A stretch of DNA of 64,000 bases, from assembly GCA_977030845.1 (NCBI GenBank), contig OZ365113.1:26226001-26290000 (forward strand), written 5' to 3'. This document shows, piece after piece, positions 39,549-52,879 of this stretch (position 1 is the stretch's first letter; each line of letters begins with the position of its first letter). The DNA comes from Fimbriosthenelais zetlandica (Eukaryota). Position numbers and translations under genes: made by a program. The notes under the pieces are model-generated. The model saw nothing but the letters and a program-made list of their open reading frames with translations. It searched no databases and was not told where the DNA came from.

Positions 39549-39628
39549 GTATGCAGGGATGCTTCTGTTTCATTGTTTGTACTACATATATCTGCCTCAA
39601 CCATTCCTATAAATTATGAGATGGATTG

Positions 39629-39757
39629 CAGCTCACACTCTTGATTACTCAAGTTTTCGTATGATTTTCAGCTGGGAGGTCTTTCTAAGTGCATTACTAC
39701 ATTGCCTTCTGTGCAATGGATATTTCTAGGTGTATGTGCTCGAGAACATATGTACAC
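39629..39757 (-). mobile_element. SINE family A, headless body fragment
   Basis: cagctcacactcttgat...ctacattgccttctgtgcaatggatatttctaggtg...gaacatatgtaca matches the body at 24026-24160. Confidence 0.75.
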
Positions 39758-42700
39758 CAATAGTAAATTCATATAGTAAGAACGTTAACACTCTCAATAT
39801 GTGACCCTCTCTTCAACACTTCTTTTGCAATAAACTCAACAATCAGCCATCACAAAATGATGACAATTGCTTTTATTGTTTGAATTCAAACAGATAGAAT
39901 ATCCAGATAGAATGTCATAATATGTTCCTCTACTCTGCGTGTGGGATGCGTTTAATATGTGTCAGACAGGTGGGAGTTGTGTTCTGCTAATGGAACATGT
40001 TTCTAAATTGACAACTTAATGCATGAGGTTAAAATCTGCCATTAAAGCAATCGACAAGAGCCAGCGTGGCTAAACTTATAGTGCGAAGAAAGGAATGCAT
40101 ATGTATACATTTTGTATACCTGCTTTTAAAACATTCAACAGACCTTGGTAAAATTAAATGGGCTTTTACCACTGCTGCATACAGTTGCCAATAAGGGATT
40201 TCATGTAATTTGAAAAAAGCATTATATTTTAGTGTTAAAAACTTTCATATGAAATCCATAATGTATTTGGTACACATGCGTGAAATGCCAAATGCAAAGT
40301 GAAAGTGAAAATGACTATACTTGCTATGGCGAGGGGAATAATAACATGTAGGAATAACCTTCCATGCCATCATTTTATGTCCAATACCGAAAATTAGACA
40401 GGAACCGAATCAGCGTATGAAGAAAAATAAGAGAGGATTGTAAACGATGAGCTTAAAGTTACACCTGGGAAAGAAAATAAAGCATGAAAAATTGTTATCA
40501 CAGAAAGCAATGCTGGCAAGAGACAAATGTGATTCAAAGGAGTTTTTTTGCCAAAAATTCCCTCAGACCGACCTGGAATAGGAGGCATTCTTATTTACCT
40601 AACTCGCCCTTAGAGTCCTCTCAGGCTATTCCTTGGCAGGCATAAGCAAACAGGTACACTGAGCATCAACATCTTTCATACATTGCATATTTTCATAATT
40701 TACTACCACTTCCTTGAAGACCAAAATATTACAGACAAAGCAAAACAATGGAAAGGTTTTTTGTATACAAATGGGATGGAATGTTCTATGTTTTTCAATA
40801 CAGTAAAAATTTCTTGAGCAAAAATATCAGTGATTATTGAATGTTATAGAAAGAAAGGGAAAGGCCCAGCAGTGTTCCCAGGTCAATATGCACCCCATGG
40901 ATATACCCCTAGCGGTGGGTGCCCTTATGAGTTCTGTTATCAGCCAAAACAAACAAACCAGAGGTGTGTGTACTTGACAACTGGAAGGGGGAGATCTGAG
41001 AGATTACCTAGATACCTGATGTGATTCCTTACTTGCCAGATAAACAAAACTGACGGAGGTCCCTCCTCAACCCGTAGATTATACATGTAAAAAATCCCCA
41101 GGGTAAAAATGGAAATAGAACCGAGTATCTATTATATATAATATACCAAGGGCAAAACAAAAATGCTGGCCACACCTTGGTTAGCAATTTTATGAAGGTT
41201 CTATTCCTTGCACATGTATCTGGATGTATACTAGGGCGGGGATAGGTTGGCTGGGAACTTTCCTCTCAGAAGTCTAAAGGCTGTGGTTGGGAGGCCATGT
41301 GTCTTTTGTTACGCTGGTCATTATTCTACAAGACAGTAGTAATAAAGTGGCGGGGACCAGGCTGTATATCTGTAGACAGTAAACCACGTGACGAGGTGGA
41401 GATTCAGCTGTCTTTATGAGACACCTGGATACCTGAGTGCATGTGAATGGGCGGAACTTCTGGACAAAGGGCCTGATGCTGGGGTATATATATACCGTCA
41501 TTTAACCTTGTCAGGGAGATATATATGGAGAGAAAGATTTAGGGGTGAGTGAGTGAGTGAGGGGTGAGTAAATGAGTGAATCAGTCAGTCAGACAGACCC
41601 TCAGTCATCAGTTAGGCAGGAATGATTGCTTAAAAATATCCATGCAGCAATTCTTATGACAGGAACAAAAACTGTTACTCAACAAGTATAGGGAACTTGA
41701 TGCAGAGAGTGACCTGCTCTCCTTAATTGCTCTCTTACATGCCTCCCCATGCTGCCTTGCCTCTCGCCACAAACAATGGGAGACATGACTGGCCTTTCAA
41801 TACGAATATCTAATACATCAATGATGAATCAGAGGCAGAGATTTATGTTTGGAATGACTATAGCTTAGTGAGCCATAATCGTCAGACCTTGTAACTTGTC
41901 ACGCCCCGCGGTACCTGGGTATTTATAGTCAGTTTTTCTAGGTGGAATACCTCCATCCCTCCGTCTCCACTCATGATTAAACCAAGAAGAAACAAACTCT
42001 CATTGTAATCTTCAAAACAAACACGATGGTTCGCACCTCAGGCTGGGGAGTGCGTGCTTTGTGGGTGTTTAGCGGGCAGGGCCAGGTGTGACAAGCTGTA
42101 GATGGTGGATTCACTATTGGCCTGCCGCCTGATATAAGTGGATACAGAGAACACCTGTCTCTAGTCTGGCCTCTCCTGATAGCCACAGCAAGGTAAAACA
42201 TACACTGATCGAGGGTAAACAAATTGTTTAATCTTCGTTTCTTTGGGTCATTATCTATTCCAGTAACGCATACAAGGAATGTATGGTTCAACGGGCCCCC
42301 CTACCCCTACTCCCGGCCCCATCCCCCACTTAGAAAATCGTCAGGAACCCTTTTCTGCATTCTAGTGGGAAGGAGGTCGCATTAAGTCATTAATTGAGTA
42401 TTCCGCAGAATAGCTTTTCTGAGTTATGATAAGGCTGGTGTAAGCCGCTTAGCCTAAGGCGATGTCTGTAAATGTGCTGTCTTAATTTTTAATCAAAACA
42501 AGATCCACGGAGGAGACGTACTTTAAAGTATTTAAACATGGAGGAAATGGCAAAACATTTGATGCCAATGCTCAGGAGGATTGTACAGACAAGAAAGTAC
42601 CTTTCAGAATAATTTTCAAAAATCGCAGGAACGTATGTACGCATGCACTTCAAGGCAGGTTTTTATTTTACCCCCAGAGCCATGCGGACCTTGTTATAGG

Positions 42701-43386
42701 AGGAAAGAGGATTCCCCATGTTGGGTGGAGAATCTCATTATAGAGCCTCTCCTTGAAAATGAAACCATTCTAATGTTTGTACAAATCTGCCAGAGACCAC
42801 CAACAAGCCGTTATCTCGTGCTTATCAAGAGTCCACCTTCAATTAGCCTGCCACCTTGTCTACCTTGTATTACATGGCCCTACATGTGAAGGCAATTGCA
42901 GCTTGCCATCGAGCGTTGGCCTCACACGCGTTGAAGAGGATCCAAATATTTGTTCTGTATTGTGGGGCTGGGCGCGGCGCGTCTGCTGGGCCGGATCCCC
43001 CCGAGACAACCCAGCAGATCGCCGAGATCTGTGTATGTACCCGAGGTCAATATGTCACCCGAGGAGGCGGGCTCTTTGTTTGTTAATCTAATTCTCCTGT
43101 CCTCTCAGGTTAGGAACTCACCTGTCAGGGCTCTTACTATAGGCTCTTGTGTTGGTGGGGAAAGGTATAGAACTTTATAGTAGAGAAGGTGTGCAATACA
43201 AGGGATGTGAGTGGGCGGGCGGGCGGGTGAGCGAGTGAGTGAGTGGGGGAGTGAATAAGGGAGTGAGGGGGTGAGTAAGTGAGCGAGCGAGTTAGCAATA
43301 GTTTCTTCAGCTATCTCAGTACGTAAAGGAAACAAGCTGTCAGTACACAATGCCATGCTCTTCTCGAACAGCAGCAATGGTTCTTT

Positions 43387-43500
43387 TACATGCATTTCAC
43401 CACAGACATGACTGAGCCTTGATATCCCAATTAGCAGCAGTGCACGGGTGTAGAAAGACCATGGCAAATTAGGAGAATGCTTGGGGAATTGAACCTGGCC
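43387..43500 (-). mobile_element. SINE family B copy, truncated next to a MITE
   Basis: gacatgactgagccttgatatcccaattagcagcag...gcttggggaattgaacctg matches the 36.9 kb copy. A family C MITE follows within about 20 bp. Confidence 0.6.
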
Positions 43501-43517
43501 CCTCTGTCTTAAATATA

Positions 43518-43666
43518 AACTATATTTCTATTCGCACCAAATGCTTGCAATTTGAACAGTCCGTTACACCTAGGTAAGGCTAACCACTGACAAAATTTTA
43601 GATGTCATTAGAAATAGGGTATCGGATGGCGACGGATTGGAGAATCGGATTAGTGTATTCCCGGCT
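43518..43666. mobile_element. MITE family C, left end missing
   Basis: aactatatttctattcgcaccaaatgcttg...gagaatcggattagtgtattcccggct|TTA. Confidence 0.8.
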
Positions 43667-44004
43667 TTACAACGGACCTTCATCAAACGTGTGTGCGTCA
43701 TTATTCCTAAAGATCAACATATCAATCAAGTTATTATAACCTAGAATAACATATATAGGTCTACCTATATAAGGGCACAGAGCTTGAGGGCGGAAAGGGA
43801 AATTATGAAACACTTTCCCATAGGCCTATATATCTTATACTTGAGTGAGTACTTCTGGGCAGGAGGGGAGACGTGGCCCTGGGGGCACATTTCCATCATG
43901 CCAGCTCATTTACAAGATAGTTCTAATAGATGACAAGACATCATCAGGCGTAATGGTAATTTTGGTAATACATTTCGCCCCTTCATGTGGAAGGATCGTA
44001 ATTG

Positions 44005-44038
<34 letters not shown>

Positions 44039-45350
44039 CATTAAGCCTATAAAAAGTTTAAGAATATATTATTCTTTTTATTATTATTTAAATTATCCTG
44101 AATATTTCTACAGGGTAGTGTAGGTTTTCATCAATTCAGCATTGAGATATATGTTTAAATTTACGATTTATAGAAAGTACTTCGAGGTAGTTAAGTATAT
44201 AAGTATATGGAATGGTAAAGCTTAATCATGGAGCAATACGTTATCATGTACCGTACACGTATGAATCAGCATGTCAGAGTTGGTAAAGAATAAAAAATAA
44301 AGGGGGAGCTATTGATGTAATTGATTTCATTGATTTTGTAATTGAATCTGGATTATTTATGGCGCTTTGTTCCATTAAAGAACTCGAGTTAATCTGTGGC
44401 AAACGGTAATTGTGATCAACCATGGCAAAAGTGGAATGATTCAGCGCTTTTATCTCCATACTAAACTTCAGTTGTAAAAAATATAGAACATAAGCGGTCG
44501 GCATTTAATATTAAATCATTAAATAACTATAGAGTCGTCTAGTATTGTATAGAGGATCAACAATAGATCAATTTATATTCTAATGATTACAGATAACAGG
44601 GATCGTTACCAGCGCAATGAATATAATCTGAGGAATTAAAACTATTGCATTCACAAGGTTAAAAGTATTGCTCTAGTCCATGGAATGCAGTTCAATCAAA
44701 TTTACTCTCGCCTATAGGCCGTTCTTATAAATAAACAACACCATCTTACCAATTAATATTTTAGGGGGCCAAAATGATGAACCACTCCCATTGTCACATG
44801 GGTGCCCTCACTCCCATAATCCACCTCAGCTTTAAAACATCAGGATCCGTATACTTATAACATTTAACTTAAGTAGTAATAAATAACAAGTTAGATCTAT
44901 AAATGGATAAGTAGCCCTGATCATGGTATTTATAAGAACCATTGATTGGCATGGATCATGACTAATCTTATATATACGAATAACAATATTAACTAGCATT
45001 AAATACTACTGGATATTTTGAAAACCTACTTATTGTAGAAAATTTCCAGAATAATTCAAATAAAAAATAAAAAAACTTTATATTTATATAAGCTGCATCC
45101 CATGGGTGTATCGCCTGGAGGGAGATGGTGGAGGGGGAGGATGAGGAGGAGAGAGTGAGATGGAGGGGGAAGAGGGGGAGGAGGATGGGGTGGAGGGGGA
45201 GGAGGATGGGGTGGAGGGGGAGGATGCATGTATCTACTGATGGAGACTGGCTCCAGGTTCTGCCTGGAGGAGGTCAGCACGCCATGGAGAGTGGCTCCGT
45301 GACAGGGGGACATAACGGTGACTGATGACACCCCCTCAACACGGCTATAA

Positions 45351-45561
45351 AGCCTGGAACACACTAATCCCATCCTCTATCCGGCTCCATCCGATACCTC
45401 TCCGAAACTATATTTCTATTCACGCCAAATGCTTGTAATTTTAGCAGTCCAATATACCTAGGTAAGGCTAAGCACTGACATAATTTCAATCATTGGATGT
45501 CACTAGAAATAGAGCTTCGGATGGCAACAGATTTGAGAATCGGATTAGTGTATTCCAGGCC
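45351..45561. mobile_element. MITE family C
   Basis: TAA|AGCCTGGAACACACTAATCC...GAATCGGATTAGTGTATTCCAGGC; both TIRs present. Confidence 0.8.
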
Positions 45562-46247
45562 TGGCAAGGAGAACAAGTTTACTCTCTCCCTATACTTTAC
45601 TATACCTGCTTCTGCCTACTTTGGAAACTATAATCTAATCTGTGTGTACTAGAGAGAGAGGCGCTAGGGGACACTAGTGTAGGCTAGTCCACAGATCATG
45701 TACCATCAAATAGTCCCAGGTAAATTACTGTAATCGGCTGGAAATTTCCCAGTTAACGGCACTGGGTTCTGAAAATTAATGGAGTAACATGCCTCACTCA
45801 CTTAGAAATATCTTTAAGTGAGATGGCTTAATTAAGATGTTCAATTCATGCAAACTGCTGAGTTTGCGGCTGTATACCTTCAATTCAAATATCATCAAGG
45901 AATACCAACTTCTGGCATCAGCTAGGATGCTGGTTCCTAACAACCAGGATCATATGGCGAATAGGAGTAGGTTATTAATCAATCCTACTGTACAATATGC
46001 TTTTGATAGAAGAAATAGATTTGGGCAAGATTCTTGGAAATGATATATCTTCAAACAAACCAAGAAAGGAGAACTGCCTTTAGCTTTCGGTAGTGATAAA
46101 TGCACTCCTATGACAGATTGAACTCATCTTGGATATCTTTCACGATTATGTGAAGTTAGAAACCCCAAAGGAGGTAAATATAATTCACGAGGCTTCAGTC
46201 ATGGGGACACGGATGATGGATGTAGAGGAGGGTTGTTGATAGATTAA

Positions 46248-46310
46248 GGTTTGCAGGCTTTGTCATGGTTTGCAGGCTTTGTCATGGTTTGCAGGCTTTG
46301 TCATGGTTTG
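46248..46310. repeat. 19 bp tandem repeat x3.3
   Basis: ggtttgcaggctttgtcat, perfect copies. Confidence 0.95.
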
Positions 46311-46825
46311 GAGGTCTATATATGTGATATCCTATGGAAGGTGAGGCAATTGGCGCTGGTACCTATTAAGGTGGTCACATACTGGAAGCGTGCGTATGTT
46401 TTTCCGACAGTGATCTCCAATGTTAAGGTTGCGCTGAAATATCTAATGCAAGTGTTTGGCTAGACAATGGCTAGACAAAAACGGCTAGCTATAAAAGTGC
46501 AACACTTGCAGAGCAAAAGAACCCCGGTACACGTGTTTGCAAATCAGACACTTGCATTTCAGTTTTGGCTATCACAGCCCCAGTGTGGCACTGGCTTTAG
46601 TCTTCATCAAGGACACAGTGCCAGAAGCTTGAGGGAGAGGATGAGGAGTGTAATGAAAGGCTCATTCATATGTCCCAAACTCAATCTTTATATGATCGAT
46701 GATTATTAGTATCTCTAACTGCATCTGTACCCACTTCCCAACACATCTGATGCTCATTTTTTATACCTCAAGTGGGTGCTTTTGGTTTGCATTGCTTAAC
46801 TATAGAGTTCACCATCATTGCCTTG

Positions 46826-47122
46826 TGTGGAAGGTCGCCGGTTCGAACCGCGGCCGGGTCATACCATAAGACTGAAAAAATAGGACTCGTGGCTCCCTCG
46901 CTTAGCTCTCAGCAAAAAAAAGGACAGTGCTAGGATTGGTCAACCCGGTGTCAGTATAATGTGACTGGGTGAGACATCATGTCATGTGCCTGCGACATGA
47001 TACTTCAGTGAGGCAGCACTATAAAAGAGCATTGGGCTCACTGTCACAAGTAGGCGCCGTCATGATACAACTGAAAAATTGTTGAAAGTGACGTTAAACC
47101 CCATTGAATCATCAATCATCAA
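46826..47122 (+). mobile_element. tRNA-derived SINE family C, 5'-truncated, central region resembling Meta/MESC-type SINE domains
   Basis: B box GGTTCGAACC, then cgggtcatacc..aagact, cagtgaggcagcactataaaa, actgaaaaattgttgaaagtgacgttaaacc and an (ATCA)n-like tail. The family resemblance is from memory, not an alignment. Confidence 0.7.
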
Positions 47123-47129
47123 TGCCTTT

Positions 47130-49694
47130 TGGAATCCTCTGGATCAAATCCAAAGTTACAAGGTCGCTCACCAAGTACAACAGCCGCGACTGTCAGAACC
47201 AGCAGTGTACTAGTATTTGTCTACATTAAAGGCATCTTCTCCATTCAGACCTTGAAGGCTAAACGCTCGAGTACAAATCACTGGCTTTTCAAAGGTTCAT
47301 GCTTGGCAGAGGCTGCATATAGCACCTCAGATACTGTAGCTCCAGCCACCTGGGAGCCTAAAGCCGCAGGTGGCCTGGCCAGATAAAACTGCTGGGGCTT
47401 GCTGTAGTCTATAAGACCAGCCATTACATAGCCTTTATTTCTGCCTCATCACTGGCTCGTTTCTACCAGCATTTGATGTCCTCTCTTCATGTCTCGAGGG
47501 GTCTTATAAGAGCCACAGATCGGAATGTGAAAGTAGCTAATACTTTGTAGTAAACCATTCCATCCTGCTTTTCAGCTATTACATTCCCAGTTATCAAAAG
47601 CTGGGCTATGATAATTGAGATTGATAACAGAAATGAAACCTCTGAGATTTCTTGCCAAAGAATATGAAATATCGGGAAATTCAATGTGCATGTGTTCATG
47701 ATCATGTATTCAGTTCTTCTTACGAGAAATCCAGCAGAAGAAAGTTTGCAAATAGTATTTCAAGGCGAACTGAGCATTCCACAAATGATTTCAGTTCTCC
47801 TATTGCCAGAAAATAAGCCTAAATTCATAATCCTTTACATATTAGATTTCATTTATTCATAGTTGCAGAATCAGAGATAAATAAAACCCTTGTCCCCGGA
47901 AATTTAATTTTCCATTACATTTGCCCTAGTGATAAAACATAATCAGATGAATGATTATCGAAAAGCTTCAAATAAAGCCCGAGCCAAGTGAAGTGCATTT
48001 TATACCGAATCAAAAAGAAGGATGCAATCATCAATGATTCAAGATCCTGCCGGAGGATCTTGTTTTCAATTCGTTTCATGCCTTTTAAAAAGGGAATCGA
48101 TTTTCCAAAACCTTGGAAATGATACCTCATCCCAGCATGGAAGCAAAAGACAATTCACGCCACGATTAAAATCCTGTTCACAGGGAACAAAATATGAAAG
48201 ATTGATGACCCAACCAAGTGGAGGATCGGTGTGTCTGGGAACGGAACACCTGCTGCCAGGCCAAACCCAAGTGGCAAACTATTAGCGCCTCAAAGTACCG
48301 GCTTCAACTACTTGGCAAATATTGGGAGGTGGAGGTCTTTTCAACATACTCGTGCTAACTACCCGTTGTCAAGGAAGCTAAATGCAGTTGCTAGGCAATG
48401 GCTGATTATTATAGTGGTAACAGCCTCGTTTTGGATTGCCTTACAGGCTCGTTCATCTCGACCCAGATCCTGTATGAGAGAAATGGCCATTAAGTCTCTT
48501 GATAGTATAGCAAATGCTCTGGCAAATCCGGAAAAGAAACAGTTGACACTATTCTGCGAACAGTAGTATTTCTGTAGAAAACATTTTCCATTTCCGGAAG
48601 CACTACATTATTGTACTGTAGATTCTGAATGTGGTGCCGTGATGAAAAAAAAGCAGAGAGAAAGTTCTGGACTTCCGGTTTCCTTTCAGCATTTGTCTTG
48701 GCTCTCCTGAGTTGGTATTCACAGAGCTGTGTGGCAGGTGGTTTGTTCAGTGCAGTCGTCCCATTCAGCAGCGGAATTAGAAGACAATGGCCAACAGGAA
48801 ATAAAGAGGTAAAAACCATGGCACGGGGTTTAGTCTTCCTTATTTGCCGACTTCCCTCTTTGAATAGGAGCGGCGAGGAGTTGGGATTACACGCTGCATT
48901 GTGGGATCTTTGTTCTTGGGCATTAGAATGGAACGTTCGTCCTGTATAGAGTTATCTTTGCTTCCTTTCCTTTTAAGAAGAGCGGAAAAATGAGCTTGAA
49001 CCCGTGATAACTCATATTGTCTCCCACTTAAAGGCAGGAGTCTCAGGCTGCTTTGGTAGCACAAAAATAGAGCTATACATACAATGCACCGAGCTTGAAT
49101 TCCTTGAACTTGAATTATCAAATCGACTCAATATAGAAGGACTATTGCTTAGAGGGTAGCTCCATTGCTGCAATTGTCAAAACTGTTGCAGATATGGTAG
49201 TTGTGACATGCATATAGAAGTCAACCACATTAAGGGATATAGCGCGCCACAACAAAATTGCAAGGTGGCGAAGTACCCCAGTGGAGCTACCCCTTTATTA
49301 ACCTCCAGAAATCTGACCAATAATTCTTACAAATGTAGATGTTGCAAGAATGAATGTCAAGTATGTTGCCTTTATTGTTCTCTGCTTCAACATTAAAGAA
49401 CAAGTCTCCCGCGCCTATATATACAATATAGAGGGACGGAGATGGAAAGACGCCACACAAAAACCAGTGTTCGCTCACATGTGTTGATCCTTTATAATGA
49501 TGGTATTGCATTCACGGCCGCTTCCACTCAACATTGATGTTGATTGGAGACATTATTGGCCCACCTGTGGCCCAGCCAGCCCGGCTATAACGATTTCCTT
49601 TTATACAGGCGCTCTCCACACATCTGGCTGAACGGTTAGAACGATGAACATCATCCCTACATGTCTTGTCAATATACGGCCGGTCATCGATCAA
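47130..49694 (-). pseudogene. Putative decayed, intronless coding sequence of unknown family (transposon- or virus-derived?)
   Basis: ORFs 49512-49694 and 49287-49511 share a frame and are separated by one TGA. Removing MITE 49152-49294 and one TTA joins them to the frame of ORF 48490-48819, giving about 350 codons with 4 internal stops. Support below 48490 is weaker. No motif recognised. Confidence 0.4.
49152..49294. mobile_element. MITE family E, short inverted copy with TTA target duplication
   Basis: TTA|GAGGGTAGCTCCATTG...CAGTGGAGCTACCCCT|TTA. Confidence 0.75.
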
Positions 49695-50765
49695 ACAACT
49701 ATTTTCTGCTCAGATTATTTTAATGGTTCTGTACAATGGAAGCTATGTGGGCGGGATGAAGCCTTATATATGTATGGGTAAATATATACATAGAATCAAA
49801 CTAACTAAAATAATCACCGTAGTTGATAAGGATTGATTGGAATAAACATGCGCAATCACAAAGATCAACTCGATGGGCTTCTGCAGGCAATGCTGGACTA
49901 CTATAGGGCCAGTGATTCTATACCGTAGGTGTGTAACCACTTTTTTTAAATATAAATTGACGTGTAAGGCAGCAGGAGGTCTAGTAAGGTCTCATAAGCC
50001 TTGATAAGGTCTCCCGATTGCTAATGATATTTTTCGAGAGCTGACAGTTATATTTGGAATTCCATTTAGTAACAATGGGTAGGGAGGCTATAGGGGCAAC
50101 GGAAAATTTGAAGAATGATCGGGGAATTGAACCCGAGACTTGTGCCTCAACCACCTCTGTAGGTCATGTTCTGCCCACGCATGGGTACTAAATTCCATTT
50201 AGGCAATTATTCCCTCCCAAATATTAATACAGTATACTTAAAAAAGTGTTAATCATTATAGGCAAAAATCCTTTTGTGGATAGTTCAATATATAAACCCT
50301 GCAGGTGACAATTAAGAGTGACTATTAATAGACTACAAAAATAAAACCAAATCTAGGCGTGGGCTCTATATACATATTAGCTTGCAAAATGAGAGGTTTT
50401 CCTTATAAATGACAGGGGAAAGAATCATTCCTATGACAAGCCTTTGTTCTCTTCTTGCCAGACTGAAAAAGCTAATTGATATCGACTTCCGACACCCTTA
50501 TTTCTCTTTCTGTGAAAAGTAAAAGCATGTTTTTTCCTGGGAACAACGTAATTAGAAGGCATCATTTGAGTGATGTGTTGGGGTCAGAGAGGTACAGATT
50601 ATTAGTCTTGTGGTAGCGGGAGTGTTTGTAACCAATATATTTGCCAAGTATCAAGTCAGGAGCACAAAGCATAGGAAGTTGGTGACACCACCCAGCATCA
50701 TCAAAGTCGGGGACTATTTATGTTTGGCATCTGAGGCAGCAGCACCGATAATGCCAGAGGCAAGA

Positions 50766-51255
50766 AAGAGGGGGGCAGAGAGAGTGGGGGGCAGAGAGAG
50801 AGAGAGAGAGAGAGAGGAGACGGAGAGGGGAGAGACAGAGGGAGAGAGGGGGAAAAGAGGGGGGGGCAGAGAGAGAGGGGCAGATGGAGAGGGGAGAGAC
50901 AGAGGGAGAGAGGGGGACAGATAGACAGGGGAGAGAGCAACGACGGATAGAGACAGAGGGAAAAAGAGCATCGAGATAGATAGAAGAAAGAGGGAAGATA
51001 GTGACTGATGCCGACAGATGGAGATAGAGTTAGCAAGGAAGAGCATGAAGGAAATACAGATGAGACTGGAGATAAAATGAGAAAATGAATGAGGGAAAAA
51101 GAGGGGAGCGAACAGCAAAGTGGGGAGATAGAAACAAGGGAGGGAAAGTGGAGACAGAGAAAGAGACAGAAAGTCATGTACAGATAGACCGAGGTTGGAA
51201 GAGGACCAGAGACTGGGTCAGAAAAGAGACAGAGATAGTGAGAGGGAGAGACTTG
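50766..51255. repeat. GA-rich low-complexity tract (similar tracts at 7515-7690, 11222-11390, 16600-16790, 26420-26644, 35135-35278, 37200-37325, 45120-45225)
   Basis: Direct inspection; these tracts generate the spurious SLSLSL/ERERER ORFs. Confidence 0.9.
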
Positions 51256-52879
51256 CAAGAAGATGCAGCAGTATATATAGCTGTAAGCTGTTAATATAAA
51301 GACGCAAACAACAAAAGCCTTGATCAATGGTGGAGAGCAAACAGATGCCATCTAGTCCTCCAACATCAAACGTAATGCAGGCAGTGTATGCACCAGTGGA
51401 ACATATGAAAATATCCTATGGAAAAACTAAGCCAACGTGTATATAGCTTTGTCTTTTTTGCCATCTGATCTCGATCCCAGAAAGCCAGTGCATTAAACTA
51501 CCCCGTTGCTGAGGAATAACAGATTGTTCTTGGTTTGTGCTCGTGTATTGTGTTGGAATTTTGTAATTCAATATATATTCGGTTATACATGTATGGGGTA
51601 TTAGAATTCAGCAGTGAAGAGCACTTTGCTTTGTTACATTCAACGGGCATTCAAACGCTTTGTCAAATTGATTGTTATTGATTAATATGGCACATATTAA
51701 GTCTGAAATTAAGTACAGTATAGAATGTTGGCAGTTGTAGAAAACAACAGTCTACTGCTTGAACTCTAACTGAACCCCAGTTTCACCTGTAGGTACCGCT
51801 TTCCCTGGAAATGACATGGATTTAAATTTCAAAAAGTGAAGACATGTACGTCACGTATACCTGTACACTAAATGGATCGCCTGAGTTAATAATGTCATCT
51901 CCAAGAATAACCTGAATATTAATAACAGAAAAGGTAAAACTAGTTGAATGCATTCATGTATAAGCATCAGTAGGCCTAACCTCATGCACCGACCACCCAT
52001 CAAGTATCTAGATGATCGAGGCAGCCTTGGTATATTTAGTCATTGCACACACTGACATGCCTTCGGGCACAAGAGATACATTTTTGTATCTGTCTCCTTT
52101 TGCAAGTTGGAACCATTTATCGTGACCTGCAATCTTATTCCGACCACATGTTCTTGCAGATCCTCTGAGAAAAATAACTCGAGTTGAGGAACTCTGTGAA
52201 GTTAATATTATTAAGCTTCACACTATAAGCAGTGTACAGGTGTTCTATTTCAAGAATGCATTAGTGTTTCGATGGTAAAATATAAATTAAAATGTGACAG
52301 CAGAAATTAGGCACCACCTTTTTTCAGATCCTGGGGTGCATACCCTTTGATCTGCATGAGCTAATGTGCCATATGTGGTGGTTATATGTGGCTTAATTTC
52401 AATGCCGAGTGCATTATACTTTAATAAGTTATATAAAGATATATCCATCAGTTACCTATAATTCTGTGTTCGGTACTTCTGCAGCCATACATAAACAGAG
52501 TTGAAATGAGCTTTAAACACCTTAATACACCACATAACTTTCAGATGTTGTAGGCCTACATCAACGCTAAATATATCCACTTGATTACGGAGATCAGTAC
52601 TGTTTTCATTGATCCTAGTACTTGGCAAATTGCTATACCAAAAGCCTTATAGTTCACATTATGTTGTCTCTATAGTGATGTTCATTTACAAATTATGAGC
52701 GTGCAACCAAGGCCAGGCCAGCGAAACCTTGACGAAGCAGGTGGTTGAGAGATATAAATAATGGATCAACATGTCGGAACTGTTCCCGCAGTAAAGAGTG
52801 TCCTCCAATTGTGCGATTTTCCTCGCGACACAAGTTTACATGAGTGTTGTAAGTAAAATCATATGGCCTTCATGCTAAA

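Noticed and set aside
41068-41090. aacccgtagat matching the start of miR-100
   Set aside because: The match ends after 11 nt and there is no hairpin partner.
46325-46380. GEAIGAGTY resembling a kinase glycine loop
   Set aside because: It is followed immediately by a stop, with no VAIK, HRD or DFG motif.
47900-48030. IIDDCILLF resembling an RT YxDD motif
   Set aside because: There is no Y/F at the first position and no upstream RT motifs at the expected distance; the surrounding frame has several stops.
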